Position numbers and translations under genes: made by a program
Source of the DNA: an uncultured Acidobacteriota bacterium
GTDB lineage: Bacteria > Actinomycetota > Acidimicrobiia > Spongiisociales > ZC4RG35
Direction of reading: 5' to 3'
Assembly: GCA_963828465.1 (NCBI GenBank)
Contig: CAWHEU010000022.1
Location: 32,001 to 96,000 of the forward strand
Length of the DNA stretch: 64,000 nt
The notes under the pieces: generated by a model
Database searches by the model: none
What the model saw: the letters and a program-made list of their open reading frames with translations, nothing else
Told to the model about the DNA's origin: nothing
Part shown: in pieces, positions 52,290 to 61,639 of the stretch
Layout of the letters: each line of letters begins with the position of its first letter
Position numbering within the stretch: the stretch's first letter is position 1

Positions 52290-52707
52290 CGCTGCCACCA
52301 ATCTCAACTGGCTGATCGAGCGTCTCTGCGCGACAGTGCCCGCCATCAAACAGGCGGTCGTGGTCTCATCCGATGGGCTCGCCATGGCCAAGTCACAGGA
52401 CGTCGACCGCGAGACGGCGGAGAGATTGGCTGCCGTGTCATCAGGCATGATCGGCCTGGCCTACGGGTCCGCCGGCCGGTTTGGGGCCGGTGCGGTGTCG
52501 AACATCATCGTCGAGATGCAGCAGGGTTGGCTCTTCGTCACCGGCATCCGTCACGGCTCCCTCCTCTGCTGTCTCACCAGCAAAGAGATCGACCTTGGGG
52601 CGGTCGCCTTCGAAATGTCCATCTTCGTGCAGCGGGTCGGCGACAGTCTCACTCCCGACGTTCGGGAGGAGCTCAAGGCACGGCTGGTCGAACCCGAGCC
52701 GGCATGA
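52282..52707 (+). CDS. cvnB: roadblock/LC7 domain protein
   Basis: LNWLI, VVVSSDGL, LAAVSSG, VAFEM. Confidence 0.92.
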   Translation: MTDAATNLNWLIERLCATVPAIKQAVVVSSDGLAMAKSQDVDRETAERLAAVSSGMIGLAYGSAGRFGAGAVSNIIVEMQQGWLFVTGIRHGSLLCCLTSKEIDLGAVAFEMSIFVQRVGDSLTPDVREELKARLVEPEPA

Positions 52708-53084
52708 GCACCGAGCCCGGAACCCCTCTCGGCGGCCGGATCGTCCGCCCATACACCATGACCGGTGGGCGGAGCGGTGTGGGACTCCCCAATATCGCCC
52801 TCGAAGCCCTGGTCGCCGTGACCCCTGCTGGGATGCGAATGCGGGGTCGTTTCCGCTGGGAAGCCGCTGAGATCATCGCCCAGAGCCGCAAGGAGATCGC
52901 CATCGTCGAGCTGGCGGCGAATCTCGAGGTCCCGGTCGGCGTGATCCGTGTTCTCGCCGCTGACCTGCGCGACCAAGGAGCGATCACCATCACCGAGCCG
53001 CTGTCCGAAGCCACGGTCGATTCAGGTGACACCGAATATGCCGAACTCCTCCACAAGGTGCTCGATGGGATCCGGGCTCTCTGA
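52704..53084 (+). CDS. cvnC: DUF742 protein
   Basis: VRPYTMTGGRS, ELAANLEVPVGVIRVLAADL, LLHKVLDGIRAL. ATGA overlap with cvnB. Confidence 0.92.
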   Translation: MSTEPGTPLGGRIVRPYTMTGGRSGVGLPNIALEALVAVTPAGMRMRGRFRWEAAEIIAQSRKEIAIVELAANLEVPVGVIRVLAADLRDQGAITITEPLSEATVDSGDTEYAELLHKVLDGIRAL

Positions 53085-53652
53085 GCGCACCGGGCTGACC
53101 CCGGTCAAGATCGTCATCGCCGGCGGCTTCGGCGTGGGCAAAACGACCTTCGTTGGCGCCATCTCCGAGATCGAGCCATTGCGAAGCGAGGCGATCATCA
53201 CCGACGCCAGCGCGGGGATCGATGAGCTCTACCCCGACGGCACTAAGACCGAAACGACGGTGGCCATGGATTTCGGCCGCATCAGCCTCAAGCATCGTCT
53301 CGTCCTCTATCTGTTCGGCACCCCCGGTCAGGACCGCTTCCATTTCATGTGGGACGAGCTGGCCCGGGGCGCCATTGGGGCAGTGGTCCTGGTCGACACC
53401 CGCCGAATCGAGGCGTGTTTTGCCGCCATCGACTTCTTCGAGAAGCGGGGAACACCGTTCGTAGTGGCGGTGAACACCTTCCACGGGCGTCGAATCCACG
53501 AGCCCGAACTGGTTCGGGAAGCACTGCGCATTGGCCCCGACATCCCGATTGTCTATTGCGATGCCAGGGTCCGTGTGGATGTCCAACGAGCGCTACAGGC
53601 GGTGGTCGAACACACCTTGGAACGGGTGATGTCCGAGTCTGCGGCCAGCTGA
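53065..53652 (+). CDS. cvnD: small Ras-like GTPase
   Basis: KIVIAGGFGVGKTT, TTVAMDFG, LFGTPGQDRF, VVAVN, CDAR. Confidence 0.93.
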   Translation: MGSGLSERTGLTPVKIVIAGGFGVGKTTFVGAISEIEPLRSEAIITDASAGIDELYPDGTKTETTVAMDFGRISLKHRLVLYLFGTPGQDRFHFMWDELARGAIGAVVLVDTRRIEACFAAIDFFEKRGTPFVVAVNTFHGRRIHEPELVREALRIGPDIPIVYCDARVRVDVQRALQAVVEHTLERVMSESAAS

Positions 53653-53653
53653 C

Positions 53654-55282
53654 TCAGGCCGGAATGCCGACGGGCTCCGCCTCCCAAAGGCCCTGATTGA
53701 CCCTCAGCGATTCGGAGGGAAGCCGCAATTCGAAGACATTGTGCCCGTCTCCGGTGCGTCGGTAGGTGATGTCACCGTCCATCTGCCGGGCGAGACGTCG
53801 GGCCACCGTGAGGCTGAGACCCACAGCGGCCGGCCGGGTCACCGGGCCGCCGGCTCGAAGGTCGCCGTTGAAAATCTTCTCCCGATCAGGGACCGGTATG
53901 GCAGGCCCGTCATCGATGACGGATACGACGGTATCGGGTCCGGAGCCAGCCGTCTCCAGGCTGACGACCGATCCGCCGTATCGAACGGAATTGGCGATGA
54001 GGCTGTCGAGGATCCTGATGGTGATCCCTGGATCGGCCCACAACGAAGTCGCATCGATGTCGACCGCGATGTTCTCGGCACCAGGAATGTCGGACAGGGC
54101 CTCCCGGCATAGAACGGCGGCGTCGACGGAGCGCGCCAGATGATGTGACGGGGCCTTGCTAGCGGAGACGATGAGATCGTCGACGATCGAGGCCATCTCC
54201 TTGACTAGGGAATCGATGCGGCGAACGCTGCGATGCAGGTCGACCGGATCCCCCTCGGCCCGAGCAGTCAGATCGAGAACAGCGCCAATCGATACCCGGA
54301 GATCCTCGGCTATCGCCGCGACGAACTCGTCTCTGCCCTGGATCAAGCGCTCCAGGCGGAGTTCGTCGTGATGCGCTCGGGTCGAATCCTCAAGTTGGAG
54401 GAAGATTGTGGCCGGCCGATGCCTACCGGCGCGCAGGAAAGAGAGCGACAGCTGGCCCCAGATGGCCCGTCCGTTGGAGGCTCGCCAGCGCATCCAGGTG
54501 GTGGCGCTCTGTGTTTCGCCGTTGCCCATGTCCTCCCAGACCTGTCCCAACTCGGTGAGGTCGTCGGTGTGCACGACGCCCCTGATGTTTGTGCCGGCCA
54601 CCGGCCCGAGCACGCCGGTCAGAGCCTCATTGGCGTCGAGGAATTCACCGGAAGGTGTGAGCACGGCCATACCGATGTTCGCCTTTTCGAAGCCAAACCT
54701 GTACCCGTCCTCGCCAATTGCCCGCTTGGATTCCCCCCGCGCCGCCAGGCGCCAGCCGGCGATCAGGAGCGCCACCAGGACGAGCGTCAACGTAAGAAAC
54801 ACAACTGGCATCGCGACATGGCCCACGCCATAGCGTTGGATATACGCCTCTCGATACATCACGACGAAATTGAATATCTGGAACCCGACTACATAGACGA
54901 ACCCGGCGAGGACCAACCGCCACTCCTGATAGAACGAGATGGCGACGAGGGCGAGCAGGAAAGCGAATTGCGATTCGGCCGAACCCTCGAGGTAGCGGAC
55001 GACGATCCCCGCCGCGGTTACGAGGCCTAGCGAGACTGCTCCGGCGGCCATGCCCTGCGTCCTCGAGGTCATGCCGATCACGGCCATCACCACGAGGATC
55101 AGCGATGCGATCACGATCTCGTAGATAGGCACCTCCCTGACCAAGCCAACCACGGCGAGAACGGGCACCTGGACGAGGAGCAGAACGAGCAAGAAGCGAT
55201 GCCGGGTGGCGAAGACCTTCGCGTCCGTTTCCTCGCGGACTCGAAGCGGCCTTCTCTTCCCCGGAAAGAGACGCCTGAGCAT
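53654..55282 (-). CDS. multi-TM PAS histidine-kinase-like protein with degenerate catalytic motifs
   Basis: About 5-6 TM segments and a PAS domain. H-box reads FVAAIAEDLRVSI, N-box LIANSVRYG, G1 DDGPAI, G2 AVGLSL. Confidence 0.85.
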   Translation of the reverse strand: MLRRLFPGKRRPLRVREETDAKVFATRHRFLLVLLLVQVPVLAVVGLVREVPIYEIVIASLILVVMAVIGMTSRTQGMAAGAVSLGLVTAAGIVVRYLEGSAESQFAFLLALVAISFYQEWRLVLAGFVYVVGFQIFNFVVMYREAYIQRYGVGHVAMPVVFLTLTLVLVALLIAGWRLAARGESKRAIGEDGYRFGFEKANIGMAVLTPSGEFLDANEALTGVLGPVAGTNIRGVVHTDDLTELGQVWEDMGNGETQSATTWMRWRASNGRAIWGQLSLSFLRAGRHRPATIFLQLEDSTRAHHDELRLERLIQGRDEFVAAIAEDLRVSIGAVLDLTARAEGDPVDLHRSVRRIDSLVKEMASIVDDLIVSASKAPSHHLARSVDAAVLCREALSDIPGAENIAVDIDATSLWADPGITIRILDSLIANSVRYGGSVVSLETAGSGPDTVVSVIDDGPAIPVPDREKIFNGDLRAGGPVTRPAAVGLSLTVARRLARQMDGDITYRRTGDGHNVFELRLPSESLRVNQGLWEAEPVGIPA

Positions 55283-55376
55283 CGGTACACGATATCGCCA
55301 CGGAGTCTCGAGGCCTGGCACCTCCAAATCCCGAGGTCCTTGGTTGGGCGGGCGCCGCGGAATACCGTTTGTGGCC

Positions 55377-56108
55377 ATGGACATCGCCCAATTGATCGAT
55401 ATCTCATTGGCCAACGGTGACGAGCGACGTGTTGAGGTGATGTCGCTGGAGCCGGCCGAGGTCCCCGCCCGAGCTGTTGGGTCATTGGTTGGCCTGCTCA
55501 CTGAGGTGACGGGTGTCCTGCGGGCTGCCAGGGCGGCCGAGAGGATCAGGGCCAGCGGTTCCTGGGCAGGCGACACCTATCGGATTTCGATCTCCACACC
55601 GGTTGGAGACTTCGGTGACGGGGTGTCGGCCATCAACCGGTTGTTGGGAGAGCCGGCGTTGGCTATGGGCGTCGCCTCAGCTGCTCGCCTGGCCGAAGGT
55701 CAGGATCTCTCGGTCCGTCTTGCCCCGGACGGCGCCGGCGCGGCATTCCATGTGCTGCTACCGGAGCATCTGGTGAAGAAAGTCGCACCATCTGAGCTGC
55801 CGACGATCGCTGAAGAGCCTCTTGCCGAATTCATCCCCCATGAGATGGATCGTCGGATCCTGGTGCCGGCGGATTCGGCCCGGGACGAAACCGAGGCGTT
55901 CCTGGAGAGTGTGTTCGGGATGCTGCGAGACCCGTGGCACGAGCCCGATCGCCCTGAGCCTGCGGTGCTAAAGGTGCGTGAGCCGGGGGAGAGCTTCTCG
56001 ATGACCGAAGACGATGCCCCGAGCACCTCTGCCGCGGAGGCTGCGGTGGACATCCGGTCGGCATTGTCCACCTTCGACCGTGGTCGTCGAGCCGCCGAAA
56101 TCGCATGA
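55377..56108 (+). CDS. stand-alone degenerate paralogue of the CvnA C-terminal half
   Basis: Colinear with CvnA by eye: RVEVMSLEPA~RVELLALEPA, AINRLL~EMNRIL, ARLAEGQDLSVRL~AKLAHRHGLDVQL, VREPGESF~VRIPGRAF, IRSALSTFDRGR~LRSALVDYNRGR. Confidence 0.8.
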   Translation: MDIAQLIDISLANGDERRVEVMSLEPAEVPARAVGSLVGLLTEVTGVLRAARAAERIRASGSWAGDTYRISISTPVGDFGDGVSAINRLLGEPALAMGVASAARLAEGQDLSVRLAPDGAGAAFHVLLPEHLVKKVAPSELPTIAEEPLAEFIPHEMDRRILVPADSARDETEAFLESVFGMLRDPWHEPDRPEPAVLKVREPGESFSMTEDDAPSTSAAEAAVDIRSALSTFDRGRRAAEIA

Positions 56109-56204
56109 GAGGCGGTCGAAGCCACGGCGTGAGCCCGCCCAGGCCCGGATTCGTTGTGTAGGTTGTGGCATCAGAATTCGTGGCCCCGGTGAAAGGACTC
56201 TGAT

Positions 56205-56513
56205 ATGTGCTGTGTCGCGACGGTCATGGTCCTGCTCGGGCCCCGTCTAGGGATCATTGTCTGGGGTCTGGCGCAGCCCGCCCGCTGGGATCTGGCCTTC
56301 TCCACGTTCGTGTGGCCGCTCCTCGGGTTCGTATTCCTTCCGTGGACCACCCTGATGTACGTGGCCGTCGCCCCAGGCGGGGTAACCGGCTTCGATTGGT
56401 TTGGGATCGTTCTTGCGGTCGTGGCCGATATCGCCTCCTACTCCGGCGGTGCCTACGGGAACCGGGAACGGATCAGGAGCTACACGCCGAGTGCTCCGCC
56501 GGTGCCCAGGTAG
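56205..56513 (+). CDS. small membrane protein
   Basis: MCC...GPR...WPLLGFVFLPWTTLMY, three hydrophobic segments, AAGGA RBS. Confidence 0.8.
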   Translation: MCCVATVMVLLGPRLGIIVWGLAQPARWDLAFSTFVWPLLGFVFLPWTTLMYVAVAPGGVTGFDWFGIVLAVVADIASYSGGAYGNRERIRSYTPSAPPVPR

Positions 56514-56566
56514 TCGGGCAAGTCTCGGCCCTTTGAGCGGCGCCGGTCACCTCAGGCAGGTGGCTC

Positions 56567-57738
56567 CTATACGGCCATGTCGGCTGTCAGCACGGCCGCC
56601 AGGACACCGGTAGCTCCGACGAGAACCCATAGAGGATCGGTCTGAACCAACAGACCGATGAGCGCCAGGAATGGGACTCCAGCCAGCCGGTTGATAGCTA
56701 TCGCTCGGTTCACCGCCCCGGGGGTGTGGCTGACGGACGCGATCTGGATGACCGCCATGCATACCAGGGCAAGGGCGACACCCCCACCAGGAGCCAGCGC
56801 TGGGCGGTGAGCATCGGCTCCTCACCCGCACTGAGAATGGCCTGGTCGAGTGCGACTCCGACGATCGCCAGCGATGCCGCTAGCGGTAGATGGGTGTAGA
56901 TCCAACCCGTCGGACGCCACGTCTTGCCCTCGATGTTCCGGCGCCTGACGACACTGCCCTCGGCGTTGTCGAAGTAGAGCCACCAGAGAAGCGTCGCCAA
57001 CAACACACCCAGGATCGTGGCGATCAGCGACGAAGACGACCATCCGATATGGCTGAGCCCGGACACGACGGCGGCGAGCGATTCGCCGAGCACGAGGATC
57101 ACGAACAGCCCGAAGCGCTCGGGGAGATGTGACTGGTCGAGAGGCACTGTGGCCTGTTGGCGTCTGACCACCCACGGTGTGGCGAGATCGATGGCCAGGG
57201 CCACCCCCCAAACGTAGAAGCGGGCCGGATCCGGTACGAGAACCGATGCCGTCCACACCACTGCCGCCGCGCCGAAGCCGATCAGGTAACCGGAGACCAG
57301 GCTGCGTGTCTCGGCGACATGCCGGTACACCCTGTAATAGAGGGCGAGGAGAACCAATCGGGCACTCGCATATCCGACTGCGAACACGGTGGTAGAGGCA
57401 GACGGGCCTTCGGCCAGAGAAGCGGCTATTACGAGGATGGCAACCATTTGTGCCGCCGACCACAACCGATAGATGAGATCGTCGGTGTCATAACGATCGG
57501 CGTAGAAAGTGTTGCTGGCCCAGAGCCACCAGAGCAGGGCGAAGTAACCGAAGAACGACCACAAGCCTGTCCACGACGTGTCGGCGAGGAGACGTGCTCC
57601 GAGAACTGCGATGGCCACCACAAAGGCGAGGTCATAGAAGAGCTCGAGCCAGGTGGCACTCCGATGCCCACCGTCTCCCATCGTCTGAAGACGGGGGGGA
57701 GCAATTCTTGCCATCCGCGCCGCTCTTGGCTCGCTCAC
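56567..57738 (-). CDS. ltrA: second LtrA-family membrane protein; frame break near 56785
   Basis: ATWLELFYDLAFV, HLPERFGLFVILVLGES, LWWLYF. The last TM segments are in ORF 56567..56758 and the break falls at a C run. Confidence 0.9.
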
Positions 57739-57844
57739 CTCGATTTGCTCCCTAGCTCGTCACCACATTCCAGCCATTGGACAATATCCGGCGTCGGGCC
57801 GGTGGCGGCGGGGGCGGGACCAATGTGGCTCTAATCTCCCTCAC

Positions 57845-60800
57845 ATGAGCGCCTCTCCTCAGCCCTACCTGCCGCGCATGGTGCGCGACTGGGACGAGGA
57901 GGCGCCCGGCCAATTGCACCAGTGTCTCGAAGGGTCGATGGTCTTCGTTGACATTTCGGGGTTCACCGCGATGTCCGAGCGACTGGCCAAGCACGGGAAG
58001 CTCGGGGCTGAGGAGCTCACCGCGGTGATCGCCGCCACCTTCCATGAGCTGCTCGCAGCCGCCTACTCCTTTGGATCCAGCCTCCTCAAATTCGGCGGAG
58101 ATGCCTTGTTGCTCTTTTTCGCCGGTGACCAGCACGCGCTTCGCAGCTGCGCCGCGGCCCGGGCTATGCAACAGCGGCTGGATGAGGTCGGCGTGTGTGT
58201 CACCAGTGCCGGCAAGGTCACGCTGCGGATGTCGGTCGGCATTCACAGCGGCATGTTCGACTTCTTCTTGGTGGGAGGGTCCCATCGAGAATTGATCGTC
58301 TCCGGCCCTGCAGCCTCTCGAACAGTTGAGATGGAGGGCGCAGCGCGAGCTGGCCAGGTCCTGATCAGCCCGGGGACCGCTTCCGCGATTCCGGCGGCGA
58401 ACAGGGGAAGGCCGTCGGGTCCCGGTGTCCTGCTCAGAGGGGCAGTGGACGTGGAGAGCAAGCCGCGAGAACACGTCGAATCGTCACCCGACGAGCTGGC
58501 TCAGTTCGTCCCGATCGGTCTTTGCCAGCTGTTGTTGAGTGGCGAGGTAGAGCCTGAACACCGACCGGCCACGGTGGCCTTTCTCCAGCATCACGGTCTC
58601 GATGATGTCATCGAGCGTGATGGTGCCGACGTGGCCGCCCAGAGGCTGGATTCCTTGATCCGTTCGGTCCAGGAGGCCGCAGACGCCCGTGCCATCACCT
58701 TCCTCGCGACTGACATCGCGACCAATGGCGGAAAGATCATCCTCACCGCCGGCGTTCCGTCGACGACCGGCCGGGATGAAGAGGAGATGTTGCTCGCACT
58801 TCGTCAGGTGATGTCGAGCGGACCTGACCTACCCACCTCGGTAGGTGTCAATTGGGGTCGGGTATTCGCCGGCGAGGTTGGCACGCCTTACCGCCGCACT
58901 TACACGGTGATGGGGGACACAGTGAACCTCGCTGCACGACTCATGGCGCGGGCGCCTGCAGGTGAGATATATGCCACATCCGAGGTGGTGACAGCTTCAC
59001 GAACCACCTTCGTGCTAAGCACCATCGAACCATTCATGGTCAAGGGGAAGAAACTCCCGGTCAACGCGGTGTCGGTTGGCGATCCGCAGGGGAGCAAGAG
59101 CCAGCGGGCAGCCGGTGGGCTCCCACTCATCGGGCGTGACCAGGAGCTGACGCTACTCACAGCCGCCTGGGAGAGGGCTCGGGCCGGCAACGGCCAAATG
59201 GTGGAGCTCGCCGCCGATGCCGGCATGGGAAAGAGTCGCCTCGTAGAGGAATTCCTGGCCACTACTCAACCGGACCGGGTGATTCACACCGAATGCCGTC
59301 TCTATCAATCGGCGACGCCGTACTTCCCATTCCGGGAGCTCCTGAGCGAGGTCTGGGGGCTCACGGGCCTCGATCCCGATGCCTCAGAGAAGGCGCTGTT
59401 TGAGCTGGTCGACACGCTGGCACCAGAGCTCGGCCCGTGGCTTTCCCTGATCGGGCTGGCGTTGGGCTTGGAGATCGCCGACTCTGTCGAGGTGTCGCAG
59501 CTAGAGGATCAGTTCCGTCCGGTGCGTGCCATGGCCGCTATCGGTTCTTTGCTCGAGGCGACGATGAAGGACCCGGTCGTGTTCGTCGTCGACGACACGC
59601 ATTGGATGGACGAGCCATCTAGGGACTTGCTGGCAAGCCTGGTCTTGGGAATGGACCGCTATCCATGGATGTTCGTGCTGACCCGGTCACTCGGTGCAGA
59701 GGGGTTTATGGCACCTGAGTCTCCGTCCGTGACCAGGGTCGAGCTCCATCCCTTGGGACTCGATGAAGCAAGAAATCTCATTTTCAGCGCCACAGAGGAA
59801 GCTCCGCTGCCCCCTCAGCAAGTGGAGCAGCTGGCCCGGCAGGCTGATGGGAACCCACTCTTCTTGGTCGAGTTGCTGCAAGCCCTACGCCATAGTGGGT
59901 CGCTCGAGGAGATCCCACAGTCCGTGGAAGCGATGATCGCGGCCCGGATCGACACCTTGCCGCTCTCTGACAGGAATCTTCTCCGCCGGCTCTCGGTCCT
60001 TGGCAATGGGTTCCAACTGGAGCAGGTGTCGGCTGTGCTCGGAATGGACGGGGAGATCCCGCAGGATCAGGGGCGCTCGGTGCGAAGGCTCTCCGCATTT
60101 CTCAACGTGGACAAGTCGGGATGGGTCGATTTCCAGCACTCGCTGATCCGGGACGTCGCCTACGACGGGCTTCCCTACAAGACTCGCGAACGGCTCCATG
60201 CCCAGGTGGGCGACGCGACCTTCGCCACTTGCCGGGGTCGGCCCGAGGAGTTTGCCGAGATCCTCTCGCTGCACTACTTCTATGCCAAAAAGTGGAGCCG
60301 CACCTGGCGTTTCTCCCGCATGGCGGGCGACCGCGCTCGGGAGATCTACGCCAATCACGAGGCGGCCGTCTTCTACGAGCGGGCCCTCACTTCCTCCCGG
60401 CATCTCGACTGGGTAACGCATGCCGACCGGGCCGACGTGCTCACGGCCATGGCCTCGGTCCTGTACGAGGCCGGCTCGTTCGACCGGACCATTACGTCCC
60501 TGCGCGAAGCCACCCGGCTCATCGACGACGATCCGGTTGCCCGGGCCGACCTGCATCTCTCATTGGCCCGTTCCTATCAACGCAAAGGCGCCCTATCGCG
60601 AGCCCTGCGTGAATCAGCCCTGGGATTGAAATTGGTGGAGAGGAGCGATCTTCCCGAGGCCCGGAGGGCAACCGCCAGACTTCGGGCAGTTCGCGCAGGC
60701 CTCTTCGCCGATCAGTTCCGACCCCGGATGGCACTTCAGGTTGGTCTGAAGGCGGTCGAGGAGGCAGAGGCCAGCGGGGAGATGGACGCCCTGGCGCGGG

Positions 60801-61639
60801 CCTACACCAAGATCGACGAGGCCTACCAGATCCTCGGTCTCCGCGACCAGGCCGTCCACGAGGAAAGGGCTCTTGAGATCTTCGAGGAGCTCGGCGATCT
60901 GTCCGGCATATTGCTCCTCGCCATCAACCTCGGGGTTCAGGCCTATGCCGATGGTCGCTGGGATGACGCCATCACCATGTACGCCAAGGCTCAGGAGGTG
61001 AGCCGGCGCAGCGGCAACAGCTCAGCCGAAGGTGCGGCCGCGGCCAATCTGGGCGAGGTCCTGATCAGTCGGGGAAGACTCAATGAGGCAGAGACGGTCC
61101 TGAACGAGGCGAGACGGGTGTTGCGCGGTCAGAAAGTGGTCGGGTTCGCCCTCTTCGCCGAGACCCAACTGGCGCGGCTCGTGATGGAGCGAGGCGAGAA
61201 TCAACTGGCGGCGGACGCCCTGAAACAGGTCATCGACGAGGCCAATCGCATAGGACAGCCGTTCTTCGCAGTCGATGCCGCGGTCCATCTCGCCGATGCG
61301 CTGACACGGTCAGGAGACCCAGGACGCGCTCTCGAGGTCATCGATGTCGCCAAAGATCTGGCCGGCGAGGATGCCGCCCTGTACGAAGTGCCCCTGGAAC
61401 GATTGCGGGCTGGGGCTCTAATCGCCATGGGCCGATCCGACGAGGCACTTGGTCATGTGGAGCCGGCCCTTGCGAGCGCTCGTGAGCAGCGACTCGTCTA
61501 CGAAGAAGCCCTGCTCTTATGCCTCAAGGCAGAGACAGGCACCGACAACGGCGCTGCCTTCGAGGAGGCGACCCGCCTCCTCGAAGACCTAGGAGCTTCT
61601 CCGCCTTACGTCCACCGTTTGCCATCGCCGACGTTGTAG
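57845..61639 (+). CDS. tandem-cyclase (soluble AC/ADCY10-like) + AAA ATPase + TPR
   Basis: First cyclase domain VFVDISGFT and KFGGDA; second YTVMGDTVNLAARL. P-loop ADAGMGKS, VVDDTHW, GNPLFL, TPR tail. Confidence 0.93.
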   Translation: MSASPQPYLPRMVRDWDEEAPGQLHQCLEGSMVFVDISGFTAMSERLAKHGKLGAEELTAVIAATFHELLAAAYSFGSSLLKFGGDALLLFFAGDQHALRSCAAARAMQQRLDEVGVCVTSAGKVTLRMSVGIHSGMFDFFLVGGSHRELIVSGPAASRTVEMEGAARAGQVLISPGTASAIPAANRGRPSGPGVLLRGAVDVESKPREHVESSPDELAQFVPIGLCQLLLSGEVEPEHRPATVAFLQHHGLDDVIERDGADVAAQRLDSLIRSVQEAADARAITFLATDIATNGGKIILTAGVPSTTGRDEEEMLLALRQVMSSGPDLPTSVGVNWGRVFAGEVGTPYRRTYTVMGDTVNLAARLMARAPAGEIYATSEVVTASRTTFVLSTIEPFMVKGKKLPVNAVSVGDPQGSKSQRAAGGLPLIGRDQELTLLTAAWERARAGNGQMVELAADAGMGKSRLVEEFLATTQPDRVIHTECRLYQSATPYFPFRELLSEVWGLTGLDPDASEKALFELVDTLAPELGPWLSLIGLALGLEIADSVEVSQLEDQFRPVRAMAAIGSLLEATMKDPVVFVVDDTHWMDEPSRDLLASLVLGMDRYPWMFVLTRSLGAEGFMAPESPSVTRVELHPLGLDEARNLIFSATEEAPLPPQQVEQLARQADGNPLFLVELLQALRHSGSLEEIPQSVEAMIAARIDTLPLSDRNLLRRLSVLGNGFQLEQVSAVLGMDGEIPQDQGRSVRRLSAFLNVDKSGWVDFQHSLIRDVAYDGLPYKTRERLHAQVGDATFATCRGRPEEFAEILSLHYFYAKKWSRTWRFSRMAGDRAREIYANHEAAVFYERALTSSRHLDWVTHADRADVLTAMASVLYEAGSFDRTITSLREATRLIDDDPVARADLHLSLARSYQRKGALSRALRESALGLKLVERSDLPEARRATARLRAVRAGLFADQFRPRMALQVGLKAVEEAEASGEMDALARAYTKIDEAYQILGLRDQAVHEERALEIFEELGDLSGILLLAINLGVQAYADGRWDDAITMYAKAQEVSRRSGNSSAEGAAAANLGEVLISRGRLNEAETVLNEARRVLRGQKVVGFALFAETQLARLVMERGENQLAADALKQVIDEANRIGQPFFAVDAAVHLADALTRSGDPGRALEVIDVAKDLAGEDAALYEVPLERLRAGALIAMGRSDEALGHVEPALASAREQRLVYEEALLLCLKAETGTDNGAAFEEATRLLEDLGASPPYVHRLPSPTL

